Shown: positions 1-15,274, counted from the first letter of the stretch. The stretch: 64,000 bases of DNA from an uncultured Chloroflexia bacterium (GCA_963766735.1 CAVYBU010000030.1:128001-192000), one strand, 5' to 3'. A program made the numbers and translations. The notes: a model not told the origin generated them from the letters alone.

Positions 1-138
1 CGTCAGCCGGCCTGGCGGCCGGGCAGATGAGCGGTACCGGGGTGCCGATGGTCGGACGGAAGCCGCAACCCGCGCACGCAAACCAGGTCGCGGGCATCTC
101 GCCTGGTTCGCGGAGGCCGGGCGCCTCCAACCGCGCCG

Positions 139-142
<4 letters not shown>
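1..142 (-). CDS. N-terminal fragment (runs off the window edge) of a probable threonine-synthase-like PLP enzyme with an N-terminal zinc ribbon
   Basis: Not in the ORF track. ATG at 142 overlaps the upstream TGA (ATGA). Reads [47 protein letters not shown]; the CxxC...CP pattern is typical of threonine-synthase-like N-termini. Confidence 0.55.
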
Positions 143-1638
<1,496 letters not shown>

Positions 1639-1741
1639 CCTGCACTCCCTGCGACGCCCCTGGCGCTCGCGGCATGCGGCCGGGACGGACCCCATCCCGG
1701 GTCGCTGTCGACCGTGTTGGGTGGCAAATCGCCTGCCCGAA

Positions 1742-1806
1742 GAGGTTACCATATAGGAGCGGTTTCATTACATTGGTTACACTCACCTCAGCGGATATGT
1801 AACCTC
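1742..1806. promoter_or_regulatory. AT-rich divergent promoter region with inverted repeat and GTTAC/GTAAC boxes
   Basis: GAGGTTACCATAT (1742-1754) and ATATGTAACCTC (1795-1806) are inverted repeats with one bulge; an extra GGTTAC lies at about 1775. Confidence 0.5.
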
Positions 1807-1899
1807 ACCTAAGCAACGCGAGATGGCAATGAGACCGGAATCGGGCGGCAGAATTGGCCCGGGATCCGTCCTCGAGGCAGCCCAGATGGCAGGAGACCG

Positions 1900-4560
1900 A
1901 TGGACATCGCGTTTTCGCTGAACGGTCAGCCGGTCACCGTCCAGGTTCGCGAGGGTGAGCGCCTGCTGGAGGTCCTTCGCGAGCGCCTTGGCCTGCGGTC
2001 CATGAAGGACGGCTGTGCCCCGGAGGGCTCCTGTGGGGCCTGCACGGTGATGGTCAACGGGCGGGCAGCCGTCTCCTGCGCCCAGGATGCCAGGCGCGTT
2101 GATGGCGCGGACGTGGTGACGCTGGAGGGCCTTCCCGAGGAGCACCGTTCGCTCTGGGCGGACGCGTTCGTGGCGACCGGCGGGGCGCAGTGCGGCTACT
2201 GCACGCCTGGCATCGTCATGAAGGCCGAGGCAACGCTCGCTCGCGACCCGTCGCCCACCCGGGACGCCCTGGCGCGCTCGCTCGCTGGCAACCTCTGCCG
2301 CTGCACGGGCTACGTCAAGGTGCTCGACGCAATCGAACAGGTGGCGGCGGTGCGGCGCGGCGAAGCGGCACCTCCGGACATGGATCTCGGCACCGGTGTC
2401 GGTACCCGCGCGCAGCGCTACGACGGCCGGGCGCTCGTCCTGGGTGAGGCGCCGTTCGTGCGCGACATGGCGCTGCCGGGAATGCTCCACGGAGCGGTCA
2501 CGCTCTCCGCCCACCCGCGGGCACTCGTGCGCAGGATCGACACCTCGAAGGCAGAGGCCGTCCCGGGCGTCGTGCGCGTCGCGACGTGGCGCACCATCCC
2601 CGGCGTTCGCCACCAGGGCCTGATCTTCCCGGACTGGCCGCTCATGGTCGCCGAGGGCGAGGAGACCCGCTACGTCGGCGACGTGCTGGCGGCCGTCGCA
2701 GCCGAGACGCGCCACGCCGCCCGTGAGGCGGCGGCGCTCGTCGAGGTCGAGTACGAGGTCCTCGAACCGGTCCTCGACATGATGGCAGCCCTCGACGCCG
2801 GGGCGACCCGCGTGCACGACAAGGGCAACCTCCTCGCCACCTGCGAGGTCAAGCGCGGCGACACCGACGCGGCCATCGCGGGCGCGGCGCACGTCGTCCA
2901 CGAGACGTTCCGCACCCAGGCCGTCGACCACGCGTTCCTCGAGCCGGAGGCCTGCTTCGTCGTCCCGGCAGCCGGGGGCGCCCGCGATGACGGCGGCGGC
3001 GGCGTCAAGCTCCACGTCTACTCCCAGGGCCAGGGCGTCTGGGAGGATCGCCACCAGATCGCGTCCATCCTCGACCTGGACGAGCAGGAGGTCCGGGTCA
3101 CGCAGGTGCAGACCGGCGGCGGCTTCGGCGGCAAGGAGGACCTCAGCATCCAGGGACACGCCGCCCTGCTTGCACACCTGACCGGGCGACCCGTGCATCT
3201 CGCCCTCTCGCGCGCGGAGAGCCTCCGGCTCCATCCGAAGCGCCACGCCCTGCTGATGGACTACACCGTCGGCTGCGACGCCGATGGGCACCTCGTCGGG
3301 GTCCGGGCGCGGATCGTCGGCGACACGGGCGCCTACGCGAGCGTCGGCGACAAGGTCCTGGAGCGCGCCGCCGGCCACGCCTGCGCCGCCTACAAGGTTC
3401 CCAACGTGGACGTGGAGGCACGGACGGTCTACACGAACAACCCGCCCTGCGGCGCGTTCCGCGGCTTCGGGGCTGTCCAGGTCAACTTCGCCATCGAAGG
3501 CTGCCTCGACCGGCTCGCCGAGAAGGTCGGGATCGACGGCTGGGAGATGCGCTGGCGAAATGCCCTCGAGACCGGCGATCGCTATGGGACCGGCCAGAAG
3601 CTGGGCCCGGGCGTCGGGGTGAAGAAGACGCTGCTGGCCGTCAAGGATGCCTACGACGCGGCGCCGTTCGCCGGCATCGCCTGCGCCGCCAAGAACGTCG
3701 GGGTCGGCAATGGCTTCCCCGAGCGCGGGCGCGCCATCCTGCGGCCGGAACCGGACGGCTCGGTCACGCTGTACCACTCGTGGACGGAGATGGGCCAGGG
3801 CGTCCACACCGTCATGCGCCAGATCGTCTGTGAGGAGCTGGGTCTCGAGCCTGGCATGGTCCGCGTCGTGGTCGACACGGAACGCGAGCTCAACACGGGC
3901 GAAACCACCGCGTCACGGGCGACGACCCTCGGCGGCCAGGCGGTCATCGATGCCTGCCGCAAGGTCAGGGAAGCCGCCGGCGACAGGCCGCTCAGCCGGC
4001 TCGAGGGCCGCGAGTTCTACGGCGAGTACCTGGTCGACTGGACAACGAAGAACGACGTCCCCGAGCCGGTCACGCACCTCTGCTACGGCTGGGCGACCCA
4101 GGTCGTCGTGCTCAACGAGGACGGCACGCTCCAGAAGGTCATCGCGGCCCAGGACGTGGGCAGGGTGATGAACATCTCCGGGATGGAGGGACAGGTGGAG
4201 GGCGGCGTCCACATGGGCCTCGGCATGGCGCTCACGGAGGACCTGGGCCTCAGGGGCGGCATGCCGGCCACCGCGCTCAAGGACCTGGGCATCATCCCGG
4301 CCGCGGGCATGCCGCCGGTGGAGTGCATCCTGGTCGAGGAGCCGCAGCCGGAGGGTCCCTACGGCGCCAAGGGTGCCGGCGAAGCGGTCCTGGTCCCGAC
4401 GCCCGGCGCGGTGGCCGGCGCGCTGCACGCCTTCGACGGCAGCTATCGAACCACCCTGCCGATGCGTGACACGATCGCGGCCCGGACGGCTGCCCCGCGC
4501 GTCGCGCGCATGACGGGCGGGGCTTCGACCGGCGGCCCGGCGGAAGGCCCGCCGGCATGA
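1900..4560 (+). CDS. xdh: Xanthine dehydrogenase family molybdoenzyme with fused 2x[2Fe-2S] and Mo-binding domains (selenium-dependent Xdh type)
   Basis: GCAPEGSCGACTV, QCGYCTPG, GNLCRCTGY, GGGFGGK, AFRGFG, EMGQG, GAKGAGE motifs; AGGAG RBS. Confidence 0.9.
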   Translation: MDIAFSLNGQPVTVQVREGERLLEVLRERLGLRSMKDGCAPEGSCGACTVMVNGRAAVSCAQDARRVDGADVVTLEGLPEEHRSLWADAFVATGGAQCGYCTPGIVMKAEATLARDPSPTRDALARSLAGNLCRCTGYVKVLDAIEQVAAVRRGEAAPPDMDLGTGVGTRAQRYDGRALVLGEAPFVRDMALPGMLHGAVTLSAHPRALVRRIDTSKAEAVPGVVRVATWRTIPGVRHQGLIFPDWPLMVAEGEETRYVGDVLAAVAAETRHAAREAAALVEVEYEVLEPVLDMMAALDAGATRVHDKGNLLATCEVKRGDTDAAIAGAAHVVHETFRTQAVDHAFLEPEACFVVPAAGGARDDGGGGVKLHVYSQGQGVWEDRHQIASILDLDEQEVRVTQVQTGGGFGGKEDLSIQGHAALLAHLTGRPVHLALSRAESLRLHPKRHALLMDYTVGCDADGHLVGVRARIVGDTGAYASVGDKVLERAAGHACAAYKVPNVDVEARTVYTNNPPCGAFRGFGAVQVNFAIEGCLDRLAEKVGIDGWEMRWRNALETGDRYGTGQKLGPGVGVKKTLLAVKDAYDAAPFAGIACAAKNVGVGNGFPERGRAILRPEPDGSVTLYHSWTEMGQGVHTVMRQIVCEELGLEPGMVRVVVDTERELNTGETTASRATTLGGQAVIDACRKVREAAGDRPLSRLEGREFYGEYLVDWTTKNDVPEPVTHLCYGWATQVVVLNEDGTLQKVIAAQDVGRVMNISGMEGQVEGGVHMGLGMALTEDLGLRGGMPATALKDLGIIPAAGMPPVECILVEEPQPEGPYGAKGAGEAVLVPTPGAVAGALHAFDGSYRTTLPMRDTIAARTAAPRVARMTGGASTGGPAEGPPA

Positions 4561-4626
4561 CGGCCTGCGCCATCGCGGGCAGACCGCTCGCATCGTCCCG
4601 GCCAGCGCGAGGGGAGTAGTCGAACC

Positions 4627-5649
4627 ATGTCGGCGGTCACACCGGGTCTCGTCTGCGCCCACCATCACCTCTACTCGGCACTGGCGCGGGGGATGCCGGC
4701 GCCGCCGAAGGTGGCGACCAACTTCGGTGAGATCCTCGAGCAGGTCTGGTGGCGCCTGGACACCGCGCTCGATCTCGAGATGATCCGCTGGTCGGCGATG
4801 CTCGGCGCGCTGGAGGCTCTCGAGAACGGCACCACGGCGATCATCGACCACCACGAATCGCCCAACGCCATCGAAGGCAGCCTGGACGTGATCGCAGAGG
4901 CCTGCGCACAGGTCGGCGTCCGCTCCCTGCTCGCCTACGGCATCACCGACCGCCACGGGCCCGATGGCGCGCGGCGCGGCCTGGCCGAGAACGAGCGCTT
5001 CATCCGGGCAGGCGGTCGGGGCCTGGTGGGCATCCACGCCGCCTTCACGTGTTCCGACGAATCGCTGGCGGCGGCGGCCGGCCTGGCCGAGGACCTTGGG
5101 GTGGGCGTGCATATCCACGTCTGCGAGGGGATAGGCGACATCGACGCGCCGGGACGCCTGGCCGGCCTGACCCGCGACGACTGGCTGCTCAGCCACTGCG
5201 TCCACCTGCCCACGGATCACGACCTGCGCGGGACCATCCTCCACAACCCGATGTCCAACCTGAACAACGCCGTCGGGTACGCGAACCCCGCCCGCTTCTC
5301 CAATCCGGTCGCGCTGGGTACCGACGGGATCGGCGGCAACGTCCTGGAGGCGTTCCGACTGGCCTACGTCATGCAGCGTTCGGTGGACGTGACCTGTGGG
5401 CCCGACACGGCCTGGTCGTGGCTCGAGGCCGGCTGGGATCTCGTGCCGGAGGCCCGCGAGGACGCGGTGACCTGGTCGTATGACCCGATGGACCCCTGGC
5501 ACATCGCCTTCACCCCGGGAATCATGCCGCGCCAGGTCACGATCGGCGGCGAGGTCGTGTTCACCGACGGCAGGCCGACCCGCGTCGACGCCGGCGAGAT
5601 CCGCGCCAAGGCCCGCGAGCAGGCCGCCCGTCTGCACGCCCGCCTCTGA
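4627..5649 (+). CDS. ssnA: SsnA-like amidohydrolase
   Basis: PGLVCAHHHLYSALARG, WWRLD, GTTAIIDHHESP, HAAFT, HIHV, LGTDG; sits between xdh and ygfK. Confidence 0.8.
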   Translation: MSAVTPGLVCAHHHLYSALARGMPAPPKVATNFGEILEQVWWRLDTALDLEMIRWSAMLGALEALENGTTAIIDHHESPNAIEGSLDVIAEACAQVGVRSLLAYGITDRHGPDGARRGLAENERFIRAGGRGLVGIHAAFTCSDESLAAAAGLAEDLGVGVHIHVCEGIGDIDAPGRLAGLTRDDWLLSHCVHLPTDHDLRGTILHNPMSNLNNAVGYANPARFSNPVALGTDGIGGNVLEAFRLAYVMQRSVDVTCGPDTAWSWLEAGWDLVPEAREDAVTWSYDPMDPWHIAFTPGIMPRQVTIGGEVVFTDGRPTRVDAGEIRAKAREQAARLHARL

Positions 5650-5678
5650 GCCCCGACGCACCCCTGAGCCCCGACGCA
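5646..5678 (+). repeat. 15-bp direct repeat spanning the ssnA stop codon
   Basis: CTGAGCCCCGACGCA at 5646-5660 and 5664-5678. Confidence 0.85.
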
Positions 5679-5701
5679 ACCGCCTCGACGAGGGAGCCCT
5701 G

Positions 5702-9127
<3,426 letters not shown>

Positions 9128-9221
9128 ACCCAGCCGGCCTCCACGAGCTCCCGCGGCACGCGGCTGCGGAGCACCGCGGCGTTGCTGACCAGGAGGGTCG
9201 CCGCCGGCTGAGCTGCTGGCA

Positions 9222-10127
9222 TCACGGTTTGCCGTATGTCGACCCGAATGCCGCCAACTCCGCCAGCAGCGCACCAACCGCAGGGTGGCCTCGTCGCTCG
9301 GAGCGGACGGCGGCCAGAACTCGTCGTTCCAGCGGCGGTCGGAGCGGGACGATACGTGCCCGGACCGTGCGGTCGTGGAGGGCCAGCCCTGGAATGACGC
9401 CGACGCCGAGGCCGGCCGCGACGAGGGCGAGGGTCACCGAGTGGTCCTTGCAGTGAGACAGCACGTTCGGGTCGAAGCCGGCCCGCCGACAGGCGCGCAC
9501 GGTGACCTCGAAGATGCTGCTCGTGTCCGTGTCCATGAACCAGGTGTGATCACGGAGATCGGCGAGCGCGATGCCACCGGCAGGCGTCTGCTCGTCGGGC
9601 GGAAGCGCGACATAGAGCGGGTCGCGGAAGATCTCGACGGTATCGATGCCCGGCGACCAGGCCTCACTCCCCTCGTCGTACTCGTCGACGACTGCGAGAT
9701 CGATCTCGTCCACCTGCAGGGCGATGAGGCTCTCGCTCGACTCCAGGTCGCGCAGCATCAGGCGCAGCTTCGGATGATTGCGACGGAGCGCCTCGAGGAC
9801 CTGCGGCATCACCGCCCGGGCCGCAGTGGGGAAGGCCGCAACCCTGAACGATCCGACGATCTCGTCCCGGGCGGCGGCCAGCTCGGCTTCCGCGGCGGCG
9901 ACCGCCGCGGCGATCACATCCGCGTGACGGACAAGCATCAGCCCGGCGTCGGTCAGGCGCACCAGGCGGCCATGGGGCTCCAGCAGGGGCGCGCCCGCCT
10001 CCTGCTCCAGGATCTTGAGCTGCTGCGAGACAGCGGACGGCGTGATCGACATCGCCTGTGCGGCAGCCTTGAGGGTGCCGCGGCGTGCGACCTCGCGCAG
10101 GAGCTGGAGGCGCCACATCCCGAGCAT
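9222..10127 (-). CDS. LysR-family transcriptional regulator
   Basis: N-terminal HTH (AAAQAMSITPSAVSQQLKILE) and LysR substrate-binding domain; divergent from the ABC operon. Confidence 0.92.
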   Translation of the reverse strand: MLGMWRLQLLREVARRGTLKAAAQAMSITPSAVSQQLKILEQEAGAPLLEPHGRLVRLTDAGLMLVRHADVIAAAVAAAEAELAAARDEIVGSFRVAAFPTAARAVMPQVLEALRRNHPKLRLMLRDLESSESLIALQVDEIDLAVVDEYDEGSEAWSPGIDTVEIFRDPLYVALPPDEQTPAGGIALADLRDHTWFMDTDTSSIFEVTVRACRRAGFDPNVLSHCKDHSVTLALVAAGLGVGVIPGLALHDRTVRARIVPLRPPLERRVLAAVRSERRGHPAVGALLAELAAFGSTYGKP

Positions 10128-10289
10128 CGCCCACTGAGGCTACAGCATTCCGAAGGGCCCCGCGACGGGCCCAGCGGAGCCGTACAATCCACAGCGAAGC
10201 TCGGTACGCGGCACCGGACAGGAGAGTTGGACCGGGGCCCGTGTCGAGGAGCGCGTCCCTCCATATCACGGCACGGAGGAGTCTGACCC

Positions 10290-11531
10290 ATGAGCGGACG
10301 AAGACCGCTGATCGCACTCCTGTTGACACTCGCGCTCGCCACGGGCGCGTGCTCCGAGGGAGCGACCAGCACGCCATTGGCGGGTGCGACGGACGCCGCC
10401 ACGGCGGATCCCGGCGGCGCCGGTCTCCAGATCCCGGACGTGGTGGACGGCAAGTTCAACGTCGCGATGGTCCTGATCGGGCCCCATGACGACGGCGGCT
10501 GGAGCCAGGCCCACTACGAGGGCCTCGACTACGTCGGCAAGAACATGGCCGATTCCCACGTGGCCTACATCGAGAACGTGCCCGAAGGCGCGGACTCCGA
10601 GCAGGTCTTCCGGAGCCTTTCGCGCAAGGGCTTCGACTTCATCATCGGCACCTCCTTCGGGTACATGGACCCGATGGCGACCGTCGCCGAGGAGTTCCCG
10701 GACATCACGTACCTCCACCTGACGGGGTACAAGTCGAACTTCACGAACTTCGGCAACTTCTTCGGCGCGGTCGAGGACATGAAGTACCTCGCCGGCATGC
10801 TCGCCGGGTCGCGCGCCAAGCTGGACGGCAACCCCAAGGTCGGCTACATGGCCACCTTCCCCATCCCGGAGGAGATCCGGCTGGGCAACGCCATCATGCT
10901 GGGCGTCAAGAAGACCTGCCCCGAGTGCACGATGGACATCCGCTGGATCAACACCTGGCACGATCCGGTCAAGGAGAAGGATGCGGCTGCCTCGCTGTTC
11001 GACGCGGGCGCCCAGGTCGTGTTCACCGGTGCCGACACCCCGGCCGTCGCGGACGTCGCGCAGGAGAAGGGGAAGTGGGGCGTCACGTACGACCACCCGT
11101 CCTCCTGCAAGGTCGACGCCTGCCTGACGGCCCCCTACTGGATCTGGGGGCCGGAGTACCTGCGCATCGCCGAGCAGGTCAAGGCCGGTACCTACGAGGC
11201 CGGCTACGAGTACTTCGATGCCGACAGCCAGGCCATGGGCCTGTTCGGGTTCATGGACGGCGAGACGCCCCAGCCGGGGATCAGCGACCTCCCGGCCGCC
11301 GATGTCCAGGCGGTCAAGGACACCCTGGCCAAGATGCTCACGGGTGAGTTCAACCGCTTCGACGTCTTCGCCGGTCCGATCACGGACAACACCGGCAAGG
11401 CGGTCCTCGCGGCCGGCGCCAAGCTGGAACAGGCCGACCTCGACCAGTTCCCGCCGGGAGCCGAGGGCAACCCCTGCACGGTCTGCATGCAGTGGCTTGC
11501 CGACGGCATCACCGGGACGATCCCCGAGTAG
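10290..11531 (+). CDS. BMP-family ABC transporter substrate-binding lipoprotein (purine/nucleoside)
   Basis: Lipobox LATGAC; GPHDDGGWSQAH, GTSFGY, WINTWHDP; GGAGGAG RBS; TACAAT -10 at about 10183. Confidence 0.9.
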   Translation: MSGRRPLIALLLTLALATGACSEGATSTPLAGATDAATADPGGAGLQIPDVVDGKFNVAMVLIGPHDDGGWSQAHYEGLDYVGKNMADSHVAYIENVPEGADSEQVFRSLSRKGFDFIIGTSFGYMDPMATVAEEFPDITYLHLTGYKSNFTNFGNFFGAVEDMKYLAGMLAGSRAKLDGNPKVGYMATFPIPEEIRLGNAIMLGVKKTCPECTMDIRWINTWHDPVKEKDAAASLFDAGAQVVFTGADTPAVADVAQEKGKWGVTYDHPSSCKVDACLTAPYWIWGPEYLRIAEQVKAGTYEAGYEYFDADSQAMGLFGFMDGETPQPGISDLPAADVQAVKDTLAKMLTGEFNRFDVFAGPITDNTGKAVLAAGAKLEQADLDQFPPGAEGNPCTVCMQWLADGITGTIPE

Positions 11532-11536
11532 CAGCC

Positions 11537-11574
11537 TCGTCCGGCCCGCGGCGCAACCGCCGCGGGCCGGACGA
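11537..11574 (+). terminator. Perfect 17-bp hairpin after the substrate-binding gene (mRNA stabiliser or attenuator)
   Basis: TCGTCCGGCCCGCGGCG-caac-CGCCGCGGGCCGGACGA; no long U tract. Confidence 0.7.
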
Positions 11575-11590
11575 TTCCGAGGAGCGGTCC

Positions 11591-13165
11591 CTGATCTCGC
11601 CTGACGTGTCGACCGATCCCCAGGCCACGCCGCTCGCCGTCGAGCTACGGGGCATCGTCAAGCAGTTCCCCGGCGTCCTCGCGAACGACCAGGTCGACTT
11701 CGAGCTCCGGCCGGGCGAAGTTCACGCGCTGCTCGGGGAGAACGGCGCCGGCAAGAGCACGCTCATGAACATCCTGGCGGGTCTCTACAGGCCCGACGCC
11801 GGGGTGATCCGCGTGGGTGGCGCGATCCAGGACTTCCACTCGCCCCGCGACGCCATCGCGGCGGGCCTCGGCATGGTCCACCAGCACTTCACGCTGGTCG
11901 ACTCGCAGACCGTGACCGAGAACGTACTCCTGGGCCTGGACGAGCCGCGCTTCCGCATGCGCCTTGGCCGGTACGAGGACCGGATCGCCGACCTGTCGGA
12001 GTCGTTCGGGCTGCGGGTCGACCCGCGGGCCAAGGTCTGGCAGCTCTCCGTGGGCGAGCAGCAGCGGGTCGAGATCCTGAAGATGCTCTACCGCGGCGTC
12101 CACATCCTGATCATGGACGAGCCAACGGCGGTCCTGGCACCGCAGGAGACCGAGGAGCTCTTCAGGACGTTGCGCTCCATGATCGCGAGCGGCCACTCCA
12201 TCGTCTTCATCAGCCACAAGCTGACCGAGGTCGCCTCGATCGCCGACCGGATCACGGTCATGCGCCGGGGACGGGTCACCGCGGCCGGGATCGCCACGGC
12301 CACGACCACGCGCACCAGCCTCGCCGAGCTGATGGTCGGGCGACCCGTGATCGAGGTGCTCGAGCGAACGCCGTTCAACCCGGGCGATGTCATCCTGTCG
12401 GTGCGGGACGTCGAGGCAATGAACGACCGCGGCCTGCCGGCCCTGCGGGGGGTCTCCTTCGACGTGCGCGCGGGAGAGATCCTGGGGATCGCCGGCGTTG
12501 CCGGCAACGGCCAGTCCGAGCTCGCGCAGGTGATCACCGGACTCCGTCCCTGCCATGGCCACATCGAGGTCGCGGGTGCCGAGACGGCCAACCATCCGAC
12601 CGGCGAGACGATCCGGCGCGGGGTCGCCCACGTTCCAGAGGACCGGACCGGCGTCGGCAGTGCGCCCAACCTGTCCGTCATGGACAACCTGATCATGAAG
12701 AGCTACAGGCGCCCGCCGATCGCCCGTGGCTGGGTCGTGGACCAGGCCGCCGCCCGCCGGATCTCGGAGGGCCTCCGCGAGGGGTACCAGATCCTGACCC
12801 CATCGGTCGACACGGCAGCCCGGCTGCTCTCCGGTGGCAACCTCCAGCGCCTGATCCTGGCCCGGGAGATCGATCAGGACCCGCGGCTGCTCGTGGCCGT
12901 CCAGCCGACGCGCGGACTCGATGTCGGGGCCATCGAGGGCGTACATCGCCTGCTCCTCGCCCGCCGGGAATCGGGCTCCGCGACGATCATGATCTCGGAG
13001 GACCTCGACGAGGTGCTCGCCCTCTCGGACCGGATCGCCGTCATGTACGAGGGGCACCTCCACGGCCCGTTCAGCGCGGCCGAGGTTGACGCCCGGGGCC
13101 TGGGCATGCTCATGACCGGCGGCGACTGGCAGCCCGCCTCCTCTACGACCGGAGCCGCGTCATGA
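11591..13165 (+). CDS. Nucleoside/sugar ABC transporter ATP-binding protein with two ABC domains
   Basis: GENGAGKST, LSVGEQQRVEI, IMDEPT, LSGGNLQ, QPTRGLD. Start uncertain: GAGGAG fits CTG at 11591, with GTG at 11606 as the alternative. Confidence 0.92.
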   Translation: MISPDVSTDPQATPLAVELRGIVKQFPGVLANDQVDFELRPGEVHALLGENGAGKSTLMNILAGLYRPDAGVIRVGGAIQDFHSPRDAIAAGLGMVHQHFTLVDSQTVTENVLLGLDEPRFRMRLGRYEDRIADLSESFGLRVDPRAKVWQLSVGEQQRVEILKMLYRGVHILIMDEPTAVLAPQETEELFRTLRSMIASGHSIVFISHKLTEVASIADRITVMRRGRVTAAGIATATTTRTSLAELMVGRPVIEVLERTPFNPGDVILSVRDVEAMNDRGLPALRGVSFDVRAGEILGIAGVAGNGQSELAQVITGLRPCHGHIEVAGAETANHPTGETIRRGVAHVPEDRTGVGSAPNLSVMDNLIMKSYRRPPIARGWVVDQAAARRISEGLREGYQILTPSVDTAARLLSGGNLQRLILAREIDQDPRLLVAVQPTRGLDVGAIEGVHRLLLARRESGSATIMISEDLDEVLALSDRIAVMYEGHLHGPFSAAEVDARGLGMLMTGGDWQPASSTTGAAS

Positions 13166-14286
13166 GCGCCTCGCAGGTCCCGCTCGCCCCGCCTCCCAGG
13201 GCGCGGCGGATGCCCTACACGGTCTCGCTCGAACGACGCCTCGACGAGCCCCGCTGGTCCGGGCTCATCACCCTCGTCGCAGTGCTGGTCGCGCTCGTCA
13301 TCAGCGGCCTGATGATCGCGCTCGTGGGCGGCGATCCCATCCGGTCGTACGTGCACATCATCGGGGCGGCGTTCGGCAGCCCGGGGGTCATCTCGGACAC
13401 GCTGGTGAAGGCGACGCCGCTCATCCTTGCCGGCCTCGCCTGCGCCCTCGCCTTCCGGATGCGCCTCTGGAACATCGGCGTCGAAGGCCAGTACCTGATG
13501 GGCGCCTGGGGAGCCACCGCCGTGGTGATGATCCCGCTGGTGCCGGCCGACGCGCCAGCCCCGGTCATGCTGATCGCGATGGCCGTCGCAGGGTTCCTCA
13601 GCGGTGCCATCTGGGGATCGATCCCGGGCCTTCTGAAGGCGTACCTCAAGGTGAACGAGATCATCGTCACCCTGATGCTCAACTACGTCGCCCTGCTGTT
13701 CATCCAGTACTGGGTCTTCGGTCCGTGGAGCGAGGGCGGCTTCCAGATGACAAAGCAGTTCCCGAGGACCGCGTGGCTGCCGCGACTCTCCGACTTCGCG
13801 GACAGCGTTCCCGCCTTCGGCGGCCTGACCGTCCACGCCGGGTTCCTGATCGCCCTGCTGGCTGCGACGATCGTCTGGCTCGTCGTCCGGCGGAGTCGCT
13901 GGGGGTTCGTCATCCAGCTGGTGGGCGACAGCCCCAACGCAGCCCGGTATGCGGGCGTCAACATCAAGCGCGACATCGTGCTGGTGTTCATGGTCTCGGG
14001 CGGGCTCGCCGGCCTCGCCGGCATGAGCGAGGTCGCCGGCGCCGTTCATCGCCTCCAGGACAGCTCGCCCGGCTACGGTTTCACGGCGATCATCGTGGCC
14101 TACCTGGCGCGGTTCAACCCCCTTGGGGTCATCGTCGCCGCGATCCTGTTCGCGGCGCTGATCCTCGCCGGCCGTGAGATCCAGCCGTCCGGCATCCCGG
14201 CGATGGTCCAGGGGATCGTCCTGTTCTGCGTGATCGCCAGCGACGTCCTGCGCCGCTACAGCGTTCGCGTGCAGAGGGCTGCCTGA
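13162..14286 (+). CDS. ABC transporter permease (nucleoside type)
   Basis: Multiple TM segments; WNIGVEGQ, VNEIIVTLMLNY, GYGFTAIIVAYL. Confidence 0.9.
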   Translation: MSASQVPLAPPPRARRMPYTVSLERRLDEPRWSGLITLVAVLVALVISGLMIALVGGDPIRSYVHIIGAAFGSPGVISDTLVKATPLILAGLACALAFRMRLWNIGVEGQYLMGAWGATAVVMIPLVPADAPAPVMLIAMAVAGFLSGAIWGSIPGLLKAYLKVNEIIVTLMLNYVALLFIQYWVFGPWSEGGFQMTKQFPRTAWLPRLSDFADSVPAFGGLTVHAGFLIALLAATIVWLVVRRSRWGFVIQLVGDSPNAARYAGVNIKRDIVLVFMVSGGLAGLAGMSEVAGAVHRLQDSSPGYGFTAIIVAYLARFNPLGVIVAAILFAALILAGREIQPSGIPAMVQGIVLFCVIASDVLRRYSVRVQRAA

Positions 14287-14288
14287 CC

Positions 14289-15257
14289 ATGGACCCGATC
14301 ATCATCCTCGCGGCAGGGGTGACCACCGGCACGGTCCTGCTGTTCGCGGCACTCGGCGAGGTCTTCGCGGAGCGATCCGGCATCATCAACCTCGGCGTCG
14401 AGGGGATGATGCTGATGGGCGCGGTCGCGGGCTTCTCCACGGTTGTCGCAACCGGGAACCCCTGGCTCGGTGTCCTGGTTGCCATGCTGGCCGGTGTCGC
14501 ACTGTCGCTCCTCCACGCGATCGTCACGATCACCTTCCAGGCGGACCAGATCGTCTCCGGCCTCTCGCTGACGCTCCTTGGAACGGGGATCGCGCGGGTC
14601 CTGGGCGAGGGGCTCTCCAAGGCCGGCTCCACGTCGCTCCTGCCGCGGCTCACCATCCCGGGGCTCAGTGAGATCCCGGTCATCGGACCGATCTTCTTCA
14701 CCGGGCAGAGCGTGCTGGTCTACGTCGGGTTCCTCGCGGTCCCGATCGCCTGGTACTGGATCAATCGGACCCGGCCCGGGCTCCACCTCCGCGCCGTCGG
14801 CGAGAACCCCACGGCCGCCGATTCGCTGGGCGTGAACGTCTACCGGGTGCGGTACATGTACGTCATGCTGGGCGGCCTGCTGGCCGGGCTTGCGGGAGCC
14901 ACCATCACCCTGGCCATCCAGCCGGGCTGGTTCGGTGACCTGACGGTCGGCGGGCGCGGCTGGATCGCGATCGGCCTCGTGATCTTCGCCCAGTGGTCAC
15001 CGCTGCGGGTGGCCATCGGCGCGTACCTGTTCGGCGCGATCGGGCGACTGATCCTGGACATCCAGGGTCCCGCGGAGCTGTTCGGGTTCTCCAACCCGTT
15101 CCACGACGTCCACGCGCTGACCTTCTTCCTCGGCATGACACCCTACGTCCTGGTCATCGTGATCCTGGTGTTCGGCTCGCGGGAGGCCGTGCGCAAGCGC
15201 CTGGGCTCGCCGGCTGCGCTGGGCATGCCGTACGTGCGGGGCGAACGGGGACACTGA
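14289..15257 (+). CDS. ABC transporter permease (nucleoside type)
   Basis: ERSGIINLGVEGMM, GLHLRAVGENP, GRGWIAIGLVIF. Confidence 0.9.
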   Translation: MDPIIILAAGVTTGTVLLFAALGEVFAERSGIINLGVEGMMLMGAVAGFSTVVATGNPWLGVLVAMLAGVALSLLHAIVTITFQADQIVSGLSLTLLGTGIARVLGEGLSKAGSTSLLPRLTIPGLSEIPVIGPIFFTGQSVLVYVGFLAVPIAWYWINRTRPGLHLRAVGENPTAADSLGVNVYRVRYMYVMLGGLLAGLAGATITLAIQPGWFGDLTVGGRGWIAIGLVIFAQWSPLRVAIGAYLFGAIGRLILDIQGPAELFGFSNPFHDVHALTFFLGMTPYVLVIVILVFGSREAVRKRLGSPAALGMPYVRGERGH

Positions 15258-15274
15258 TCCCGGTCCCGGCGCGA

